This document shows, piece by piece, positions 30,007-38,124 of a DNA stretch of 64,000 nt (position 1 is the stretch's first letter; every line of letters starts with the position of its first letter). A program made the translations under genes and the position numbers. The stretch covers positions 4,154 through 68,153 of the forward strand of contig CAMWPZ010000001.1 in assembly GCA_947176305.1 (NCBI GenBank). The letters are read 5' to 3'. Under the pieces are notes generated by a model. It worked only from the letters and a program-made list of their open reading frames with translations. It did not search any database and was not told the DNA's origin. This DNA comes from an uncultured Clostridia bacterium. GTDB taxonomy: Bacteria > Bacillota > Clostridia > Christensenellales > Borkfalkiaceae.

Positions 30007-31034
30007 TATTCTTTCTCCCTGTTCCAAACGTATTGCGTATAACGGCCGCCGCCGAGTTTAATTATATCGCCGTTTTGCAACAGCTCCGCCAAAGCCCTCT
30101 GAACGGTAATTTCACTTACGTTCGGGCATTGATTTAAAATTTCCGTTTTGGTAATTTTCCCTGACGTGTTTTTTATAATTGCCGCAACCCTGTCCGGCTT
30201 TGAAACGCCTTTTGTTAAAAGCTCAGTCCTTTCGAAGAACTCTTTATAGGCTTTTAATACAATGCCGAGAAAGTAACGTATGAAAGGCAAGTAGTCGTTT
30301 TCATTCTCGTGCCAATCGCTACAGCTTTGCCGTATTGCTTGGCGATAGGTTTCTTGCGATTGTTCGATAAGTTTTTCAATGCTTATATATTTACCGACGA
30401 TATATCCCGCCTGATAAAGTAAAAGTAATGTCAGAAGCCTGCTCATTCGCCCGTTGCCGTTATTTAACGGCTGAACACACAGAAAATCCAGTATCGCCAT
30501 AGGGATTATTATAAGCGGGTCAACTTCGCCGTCTTTTAAAATTTCTTCAAAAGCCGAACATAACCCGTCCACGGCTTGCGGCACTGCTTGCACCTCAACT
30601 GTTACGTATGGCGCGGCGCTTTTGATATTAAAGGCTCTGAACTTGCCCGCCGCCGCGTCGCCGCTGTATTTGTATAGGTTCTGATGAAGCTGTAAAATAA
30701 TGTTGGACTTAAACGGCACGTAGGCGTAGCTTTCGTTTATTGTCGAAAGCACGTCGCGATAGCCTGCTATTTCCTGTTCGTTTCTGTTCTGAGGACGGGT
30801 TTTATCGTTGACGATTTTTTTTAACCGCTCGTCGGATGCGGATACCCCTGCGATAATATTTGAAGCTTCCGTACTTTGCAGCTTGGTGCTCTCCAAAAGC
30901 TGCGTCAAAGCTTCCGCCTTATAATCTACGAAAAAAGCTTGCCTGACTTTGTATTCGTGTATCTTTGTCAATAGGGCGACTATATCCGGCGTCAGCGCCT
31001 TTTGCCATGCCTTGGAGTAATCGAATATATGCAT
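30006..31034 (-). CDS. Fic-family protein with non-canonical active-site motif and C-terminal wHTH
   Basis: 342 aa. The Fic core reads QPLNNGNGRMSR where the canonical motif is H-P-F-x-(D/E)-G-N-G-R-x-x-R. The DNA at 30470-30500 confirms CAG (Gln) at the His position. The C-terminus ITVQRALAELLQNGDIIKLG is wHTH-like. Confidence 0.7.
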   Translation of the reverse strand: MHIFDYSKAWQKALTPDIVALLTKIHEYKVRQAFFVDYKAEALTQLLESTKLQSTEASNIIAGVSASDERLKKIVNDKTRPQNRNEQEIAGYRDVLSTINESYAYVPFKSNIILQLHQNLYKYSGDAAAGKFRAFNIKSAAPYVTVEVQAVPQAVDGLCSAFEEILKDGEVDPLIIIPMAILDFLCVQPLNNGNGRMSRLLTLLLLYQAGYIVGKYISIEKLIEQSQETYRQAIRQSCSDWHENENDYLPFIRYFLGIVLKAYKEFFERTELLTKGVSKPDRVAAIIKNTSGKITKTEILNQCPNVSEITVQRALAELLQNGDIIKLGGGRYTQYVWNREKE

Positions 31035-31402
31035 TTACAATTTTCCTTTTACTTATTTCGATTATACCCCCGACGGCTAACTATGTCAAGTCAATTTTAT
31101 CATTTTTTACAATTTGATTAAATTGATTTGGCTGTTGCACATAGTTAATATCTGGATTAATAAAAAAGACAGCGCGGGGAGCGTTGCCTTTTATGGTGCT
31201 TGTGATAGGACTTTAATCGATACGGCTGTTACACAGAGGGGGTTTTAAGGCATATGCGTCAAAAATCGACCTTCACAAAAAACATTAAAAATAGGGCATT
31301 TTCAGCCAAAAACCTCCTGAAAACGCCCCAAAATAAAACTTTTCCGTTTGTTACAAAAACCCTAAAATTAGCAACTTCCCAAAACTTCCCAATTATTTTC
31401 AC

Positions 31403-31432
31403 AAAAATGAGCCATAAATTCCGGCTCATTTT
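31403..31432. terminator. Intrinsic terminator, probably ending the long minus-strand transcription unit
   Basis: ATGAGCC / GGCTCAT stem (31407-31429) flanked by an A5 run on one side and a T4 run on the other. On the minus strand the stem is followed by TTTTTGTG, about 90 nt after the Smr stop. Confidence 0.5.
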
Positions 31433-31517
31433 GCATTTATAACACCCTTAATAAGCATTACAAAATTATACTGAATTATTTTTCACTGAAATTAAATTCA
31501 TTATATTCGTAATTCAA

Positions 31518-31868
31518 TTATAGTTCAACCACGGTAACCCCGTGATTGCAGACTTTTGAAAGTTGTTCTAACTCTTTATATGTACTTTTAAGATCTCTTG
31601 CTTTGGCATTAAAGATATCAAAATCTTCACCGTTTATCACAGCTTTAACAGTTTCGTTTCTTGCCTGTGCGTTAAGCCACTGTCTGGCTTTTTCTCTTAT
31701 AGCTCCGCCCTTTCCGCTACTACCATAACCGTGGATAACATACAAACACCCGATGCTTCCGCTCTTGGCATTTGCTATACTTGATTTTAACAGTGCAAGC
31801 GCATCGGCACTTGTGGGCATACCAACTTCCAAATTTATTTCTTTAAACCTTTTCATTATCTCTTCCAA
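31518..31868 (-). CDS. Stand-alone Smr-domain protein
   Basis: 116 aa with the Smr signature LYVIHGYGSSGKGGAIREKARQWL (H-G-x-G). The true start may be the internal MKRFKEINLE. Confidence 0.65.
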   Translation of the reverse strand: MEEIMKRFKEINLEVGMPTSADALALLKSSIANAKSGSIGCLYVIHGYGSSGKGGAIREKARQWLNAQARNETVKAVINGEDFDIFNAKARDLKSTYKELEQLSKVCNHGVTVVEL

Positions 31869-32534
31869 AAATATTTTATTTCTTTGAAGTCATAGTCCAA
31901 GTTGTTCAATTCGGCGTTCATAGGGAAATAGGCATCATGTACATTATGTAAATCGCTTCCCAAAGAAATTTTCAGATTTTTGCTTTCAACTATACTCAGA
32001 AAAGACTGGATCGCTCCGTTTTTTAAATTGTTGGGAGGAAACACCTATATTCCGTCCAGTCCGCAGGCGCACATTCTGTCGGTTGCTTTCGCAATCTGGT
32101 CAATAGAAAATTGTTCATGAAAATATATCCTCGTCGGATGCGCCCAGACAGCAATGCCATACAACTTATGGATAAGCTCTATTGCATGTCTATGTGAAAA
32201 TCTTACTTCTGGGAACTGCGACCTTATATCAGCTAAATAAGAATTGAACAACTAAGCTTTGTTATCGATATTAAGACCGAGTATATGAATCATAGCCTAA
32301 TCTAATTTTTCGGACTCGCCCAGAATATGGCAAGTCAACTCAACGCTATTTACAAATTCTATACCGTATTTTCACATTCAGCCCTTATTTGGATAATCCG
32401 CTTATGGTATCGTGGTTGCAAATTGCAAGGATATTAATGCCCGCCAAATGAACTCTTTTCACAAGTTCTTCAACCGTCTGCGATGCGCAATTCGATTGCG
32501 GATGCGTATGGGTATGAAAATCAAAATCAATCAT
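31856..32534 (-). pseudogene. Decayed PHP-domain phosphoesterase gene
   Basis: The minus strand reads MIDFDFHTHTHPQSNC...ICNHDTISGLSK, then TAA. Frame-shifted pieces follow (YGIEFVNSVELTC, IHILGLNID). It then reads ...VWAHPTRI...CGLDGI, then an in-frame TAG (32047..32045), then VFPPNN...GSDLHN. That is at least two nonsense codons plus frame changes. Confidence 0.7.
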
Positions 32535-32577
32535 ATTAGTCCTTTGTTAAATTGTTTATAATTTTAATTTAATTAGT

Positions 32578-33081
32578 TTATTTGATAATTGCGTTACTGT
32601 TTACCTTATTAGGCGGTATATGATAGGTATAAATTTCCAAGTCGTGATTTTCGAATATCTTAAATGTTTTCACCCTTACCCCTCCAAGCTTTTCCACCAG
32701 ACGAATGCTTGGAATATTATCATTTCTCACTGAATAAACAAAATATTCTACGTCGCCATGAGCGCTATCTCGTGCTAACAGGCATTTCAAAACTTTATAG
32801 CCTATTCCGCGATTACGGAATTGCTCCTCAATCTCAATTCCTATTACGGGTTTTCTCTCATTTTCGCCAAAAGTTATTTCACCTACAGCCTGACCGTCCA
32901 TTGAAATTTTATAAATATAATGGCTTTTGGTAAGTTCTGAAATTCTTAAAAGCATGTCTTCGAACAAGTCTTGTTTATTAATTTCTTTCAAAGTCTCTTT
33001 TAAAAACTGCTCGCCGTCCTTTGCACTCGACTTATCATTGGTTATTTGTTCAATATCAAAATCGTCAATCTTAAAATTCAT
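32578..33081 (-). CDS. GNAT-family N-acetyltransferase
   Basis: 167 aa with the acetyl-CoA pocket motif QFRNRGIGYKVLKCLL. Confidence 0.75.
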   Translation of the reverse strand: MNFKIDDFDIEQITNDKSSAKDGEQFLKETLKEINKQDLFEDMLLRISELTKSHYIYKISMDGQAVGEITFGENERKPVIGIEIEEQFRNRGIGYKVLKCLLARDSAHGDVEYFVYSVRNDNIPSIRLVEKLGGVRVKTFKIFENHDLEIYTYHIPPNKVNSNAIIK

Positions 33082-33278
33082 TCGTCTATCTCTATTGTCT
33101 CATTAAGATCTATAAAATCTTCTTCCCGAGAGTTTTTGAAACAACATCTTAAATAATCAAGTCCGCCATCAACACTTCAACATCCACAAGAACAAGTTAC
33201 AAAGTTATGTCTATGAGTCGATTCTATTATATCACCACAGTGATTAAATTTTACCGCATTTTTAATTATCTTTGTCAA
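33078..33278 (-). pseudogene. Small Cys/His-rich ORF interrupted by an in-frame TGA, coupled to the GNAT gene
   Basis: AAGGAG, 8 nt, then TTG (33278..33276). Reads LTKIIKNAVKFNHCGDIIESTHRHNFVTCSCGC, TGA (33179..33177), SVDGGLDYLRCCFKNSREEDFIDLNETIEIDE. The final TGA overlaps the GNAT ATG (ATGA). Confidence 0.4.
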
Positions 33279-33330
33279 TGTCTCTTCTCCTTATATTAAT
33301 ACTCTTTAATGGCAATAATTACTAATATCA

Positions 33331-36300
33331 CTAATTGACTAGCTGGCTTAAAAATACCAATGCCTTATTACGGTCAAGGGTTTCATGAACCTTTTGATTC
33401 TCATAACTGCGTAGACATTTATAACACGAAGGATCACAGTCGCATTCTGACAGAATTTTTATTGCTCTATTAATAACAGCTTTTAAAACGTCGCCCGATT
33501 CGGTTACAAGTCTACGAGAATGCCCAGCCCCGCCGGGAACATCATCATAAATGATTATCTGATGAGAATATTTTCCACCCTTTAATTTGTATGTTAAACA
33601 AGCTTTAATGTCACGTTTTTCGATACTTAATACATCAGAAAAAGCATTCAAAATAGCATACATAACGGAAAGCATAGTCGCGTAATCCGACGTGTCTGTT
33701 TCAAATTCAATTTTTGCAACATCGGTCTTAAATTCATGATGTAAGCTGTACTTATTTAACTTGGTGTTTGCGCAAAATCCTTTCCCGAACGGATTGGCAT
33801 GTTTCGGTCCGTCTTTAATGGTTTCAGCTTTGCGTTTATAATCGATATATTTAATTAATTTATCCGTTTCGTCTGCGGCAATTGTATATCCACACTTTGA
33901 ACATACGTAAAAATCTTCTGTAGATTTCACTACCAGCGAATCGTTTGTTGTAGATTGTACATTTACCTTGATATCGCCGAAGTCATACGAATATGTGCTT
34001 ATCGTATCAGCATTTTTATCACCGATATAAACAGCTTCTGTCCTATACTTTCGCTCCTGCGCAGTTAAAGGCACTGATTTAACATCTTGTTCGGCAATAA
34101 ACCCAGATCTAGGCTCAATACTTTTTTTAAAATCTCTAGAACGCAAAATTTCGCCACAAACCGAACAAGGATGACCATCAATGCTAATTGGCATATTGCT
34201 GTAATTGGTGTGCTTACATTTTGGACATTGTGCAATATATGACATATCAAAATCCGTCATTTCGCTTTTATTTACAATAGGTTTTCTTATGTAACGACTT
34301 GTATACAAGTTACCATCTGCAACAACTTCTGCCGATGGAGCGTACTCGGCAATAGCTACAGACAAATCCCTATTCAAATTCAGAGATTTGAATTCTTTAG
34401 ACGAAATATTTTGCGCCAGTTCCACTGAATCAACGGGGAACCCGTATTTAGGTAAAATATTTCCACGAACCAAGAAATCAATCAGTTCATTGTTTTGATA
34501 TCGTTTTAATTTGTTCTCAATACTGACAGCCGCATTTGCCTCACCAGCTTTAAGTGCTTTTTTGCGTTCCTTTTCCAAATAGTCTACATTCTTTTCGTAA
34601 TCTTCAATTAGTGCGGTAAATCTTCCGCTTTTGCCACAAAAATCTTCTAACCAGCCAAAAGAATCCAATTCTATATTTTGCAAATCCCACAAATCTTTCG
34701 GTATCGATTTTTTAAGTAACGTTTTTAAATCTAATGGTTTTGACTTCACCCACTCTAAAAAGTCTTTATACCCTCCATCATTGATAAATACCTTAGCGTT
34801 ATTTTCTCCATACATATTCTCATGTAACTTCAAGTATAAACTTATAGCAACAGCATAAATATGACGCTTGATTATTTTTTCGTTTGCCAATTTAAACTGT
34901 GGCGGATATATAATACCGCTTATCATCTCTTCTGGATGCTCAAAAAACGTAAAGTCATGTGAACTTAATCTTGCATAGGTGAGCGCAAAGGCTGCGGCTT
35001 TGATACTTCTTCCCGCCCTGCCGACTCTTTGTGCGTAGTTAGATGCAAGGGGTGGAATGTTGCGTAAAAATACAGTTTCCAAATCACCTACGTCAACGCC
35101 CATTTCAAAAGTAGTTGAACACGAAAGAGCATTTATTTCTTTCCGCACAAACTTTTGCTGATACTCTAACGCTTCTTTTTTGGCAAGTTGTGCAGTATGT
35201 TCCTTAATAAACAGTGGTGAAACTTTATTGCTTTCATATAGCATAGCATAATAATTATCTTTACACTGTTTATCCGAATCTAACCGTGCAAGTTTGCCAC
35301 CGCAACGTGGATGTCTACACTTGTTGCCGATATTGAATTGCGTCACCTTATGACACTTATCACACTTCCACAATGTAGCATTCTTTCCCAAATGAACACG
35401 AAGACTACTTGCACGCATAAAATAGCCCCTGCCGTCTGATGTTTGTAGGGGATAATTATTAGGCATCGCCTTACCGGTTAAATAATCCCAATAATTATCT
35501 AAAAAGGCATATGCCCCTTGGTCGTCAACATGAAGGAAATCTTTAACAACCCCCGTTTTATTTTGACGATAATATTTTTTCTCACCGTTTTTCTTTGTAC
35601 ACTCAGTAGGCAAAAACGGATGTGAATTTTTTAATGAAACGTCTTTTGTCTTTGTTACGACTTGTTGAGTTTGAGTAAAGAATATATACTTTCTGTCCTC
35701 ATCATTAATATCAGTTTCTTTTTCTGGTACGATTGCACCTTCACGCACGATTTCAAGTGCCAAATAATCAAGGAAATCACGGGCGGATTCTTTATCCACA
35801 TGATAATTATCAACTACAATATTTACAATCCTGTCATCGTTTCCCAAATAACTGAATTTCAACTTTCCAAATGAGACAAGCGATGTATCGCGTCTACTAT
35901 TATACAATTCATTTAACACCGCAATCCATGCGTTGCGTCTGTTTTCAACACTACTTGAAATTGCAATATCAGCATTGCTTTCCCTGAATAATCTGAGTGT
36001 AGAATAATAATTATCTAAAAGTCCAACAAGCTCACTAACGATTAACCCGTTCGGACGATTAGCCGCTTCCTGTTTGACAATATTCCAAATTCCTCTGCGT
36101 CGCAAGAACTCGCTATAAGAAACTTCCATATGACAAGCAAATTTGGCGGCACCTTGCCTGCTATCGGAAAATACAAGAAATTGGCTTCCGGTTCTGTCTT
36201 TTCTGCGATTACTTGACGAAGATACGCCGAATAAACCCTTCTTAGCACTACTATTTTCTGCTGCGCCTTCAAAAGATATGGAATGCTCTGGTATCTGCTC

Positions 36301-38124
36301 AAATAACGATGTTGCCAAAACGCCCGTCGCCGCCTCATAACCGAGTTGAAGTCTTCTTAAATTCCCATTACAATTTAAGCATCTTTCTTTTTTTGCGCGC
36401 TCAATAAGAATGGGCGCACAATTCCCGCAGGTACACCATTTATTGTGTGATTGATTTTCTTCAATGATTGCCCCACAGTTTTTACACAGCATAAACTTTT
36501 CTGCCGGTTTACGGTTTGCTTCACTTTGCTCGTCAATATCTTCAAATTCCTCTTCGTCGTTGTCTCCAACAATTTGATAGTATTCTCTTACGTCGCTGAT
36601 TCCGGCGCGAACAAGTTTTTTAGTTCCGTCATCTCGTTTACCGATAATTGTAAGTTCACCACAATCATCACACACCCCGACTTCAAACATTTTTATTTCA
36701 CCGTTATACTTGTCTTTGCGCGTCAATGTAAAACTTTGAGGATAATCCAAAGCAATATATCCGCCATCCAACGCCCGTAGAAAATAGTGATAACGTATAT
36801 CTATTAAAAGTTTTCCACACTTTTTAGCCTTAGCGCATTGTGAAATGAATGCAACGGCATTTTGTCGTGTTAAGTGCAGATTTTCCGCTAAATCATCAAG
36901 AGAAATCAGCCCACCCTGTTCACGCATTGTTGCATAAATATCCGATTCAATAATTAAATCATATAATATTTCTTCATCATCACGGGTACTGTCAAAAGAG
37001 ATATTATATTTAGCTAAAATCTGTTTAACAGATTGTTCTTCCGCGGCAAGGTCTGCAAATAATGTTTCAGGATATGTGTACTTGCCCGAGCAATATTGGT
37101 TTATTCTGTCAGCATACACAATATTTTCTTGTTTAAAATCGCAACCAGTTAATTTTGACGCAAACCCAACAACGCGGTCTTTACTTTCGCTTGACTGGTC
37201 ACCAAGCGTTGCCGACGTAAGAATAAATAGAGGTTTGCTGTCACCCAGTCGCGCTTTTAACCTTCCCATAAGTAAAGCTGTTTCTATTCCTACGGCACCG
37301 CCATAAACATGAGCTTCATCCAATACGACAAATTTGAAATTTGCTTTTGAAAATAAAACGTCGTCACCCGGACGGAACAGCAAATGCTCTAACATCGCAT
37401 AATTCGTAAAGAGTATATGCGGAGGATGTTTCTTCATTTCAAGACGAGATAATATCTCGTTTTTTAATCTTGATTGTAATTCAGGGCACTTTTCATTCGC
37501 GTACATTGCCTCATAAAGTTGAACGGCAGCCTTCTCGGTATACTCTGTTTCGCCGTTATAGACACCAAACGTAATTTGAGGATAAGCCAACAATATCTCG
37601 CGCAAGCCCTTAATTTGATCGTTTGCCAATGCGTTCATTGGATAAATGAAAATGGCTCGCACACCGTCATTTAAAGTTCCTGCTTCTTGTTCACGCAACA
37701 ATTCATTGAGAACCGGAATTAAAAAACAGTGCGTTTTACCGCTACCGGTGCCTGTTGAAACAACAACGTTTTCGCCAGAAACAATTTTACTTATCGCTCT
37801 TTCCTGATGTAAGTATAATGGTCTGTCTACGGGTAATTTGGGATGACAATTTAATTTACATTGACTGCGATTACATTGCGTGGTTTTACTCTGTTCCAAT
37901 TCCCGAAAAAGCGGGGAGAGTATACCGGCATCAATAAGTTGTCCAATTGATTTCCCCGTTTTAAACGTATCCTTAATTTCAACAAAAGGACCGTTAGAAA
38001 CAGTCCTATTTAATTCAATCTCAAGTTGCGACTGAATCAGCGGATTACGAAAATGATATGTTGTTGCAATATAACCCATATACTCTTTTTTAATTTCTTC
38101 TGCCGCTTTTGCCGGATTAAACAT
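33331..38124 (-). CDS. Giant DEAH-box SF2 helicase with C-terminal DUF1998/MZB zinc domain (DruE-like)
   Basis: 1597 aa. Motif I VSTGTGSGKTH, Ia IYPMNALANDQ, II VVLDEAHVYGG, III LTSATLG and VI YAQRVGRAGR. C-terminal IIYDDVPGGAGHSRRL...CDCDPSCYKCLRSYENQ matches DUF1998. Several internal CxxC...CxxC ribbons. Confidence 0.75.
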   Translation of the reverse strand: MFNPAKAAEEIKKEYMGYIATTYHFRNPLIQSQLEIELNRTVSNGPFVEIKDTFKTGKSIGQLIDAGILSPLFRELEQSKTTQCNRSQCKLNCHPKLPVDRPLYLHQERAISKIVSGENVVVSTGTGSGKTHCFLIPVLNELLREQEAGTLNDGVRAIFIYPMNALANDQIKGLREILLAYPQITFGVYNGETEYTEKAAVQLYEAMYANEKCPELQSRLKNEILSRLEMKKHPPHILFTNYAMLEHLLFRPGDDVLFSKANFKFVVLDEAHVYGGAVGIETALLMGRLKARLGDSKPLFILTSATLGDQSSESKDRVVGFASKLTGCDFKQENIVYADRINQYCSGKYTYPETLFADLAAEEQSVKQILAKYNISFDSTRDDEEILYDLIIESDIYATMREQGGLISLDDLAENLHLTRQNAVAFISQCAKAKKCGKLLIDIRYHYFLRALDGGYIALDYPQSFTLTRKDKYNGEIKMFEVGVCDDCGELTIIGKRDDGTKKLVRAGISDVREYYQIVGDNDEEEFEDIDEQSEANRKPAEKFMLCKNCGAIIEENQSHNKWCTCGNCAPILIERAKKERCLNCNGNLRRLQLGYEAATGVLATSLFEQIPEHSISFEGAAENSSAKKGLFGVSSSSNRRKDRTGSQFLVFSDSRQGAAKFACHMEVSYSEFLRRRGIWNIVKQEAANRPNGLIVSELVGLLDNYYSTLRLFRESNADIAISSSVENRRNAWIAVLNELYNSRRDTSLVSFGKLKFSYLGNDDRIVNIVVDNYHVDKESARDFLDYLALEIVREGAIVPEKETDINDEDRKYIFFTQTQQVVTKTKDVSLKNSHPFLPTECTKKNGEKKYYRQNKTGVVKDFLHVDDQGAYAFLDNYWDYLTGKAMPNNYPLQTSDGRGYFMRASSLRVHLGKNATLWKCDKCHKVTQFNIGNKCRHPRCGGKLARLDSDKQCKDNYYAMLYESNKVSPLFIKEHTAQLAKKEALEYQQKFVRKEINALSCSTTFEMGVDVGDLETVFLRNIPPLASNYAQRVGRAGRSIKAAAFALTYARLSSHDFTFFEHPEEMISGIIYPPQFKLANEKIIKRHIYAVAISLYLKLHENMYGENNAKVFINDGGYKDFLEWVKSKPLDLKTLLKKSIPKDLWDLQNIELDSFGWLEDFCGKSGRFTALIEDYEKNVDYLEKERKKALKAGEANAAVSIENKLKRYQNNELIDFLVRGNILPKYGFPVDSVELAQNISSKEFKSLNLNRDLSVAIAEYAPSAEVVADGNLYTSRYIRKPIVNKSEMTDFDMSYIAQCPKCKHTNYSNMPISIDGHPCSVCGEILRSRDFKKSIEPRSGFIAEQDVKSVPLTAQERKYRTEAVYIGDKNADTISTYSYDFGDIKVNVQSTTNDSLVVKSTEDFYVCSKCGYTIAADETDKLIKYIDYKRKAETIKDGPKHANPFGKGFCANTKLNKYSLHHEFKTDVAKIEFETDTSDYATMLSVMYAILNAFSDVLSIEKRDIKACLTYKLKGGKYSHQIIIYDDVPGGAGHSRRLVTESGDVLKAVINRAIKILSECDCDPSCYKCLRSYENQKVHETLDRNKALVFLSQLVN

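Noticed and set aside
31254-31442. 62-aa ORF in the fic-Smr intergenic gap
   Set aside because: It is a low-complexity Lys/Asn/Thr/Phe translation of a G-poor tract. It has no RBS and runs through the terminator hairpin.
33331-38124. DISARM DrmA as the identity of the DEAH/DUF1998 helicase
   Set aside because: There is no DrmB (stand-alone DUF1998), no PLD-nuclease DrmC and no adjacent DrmMI/MII methyltransferase. The two-gene layout with a domain-less partner of about 900 aa fits Druantia type III better. A profile search is needed to be sure.
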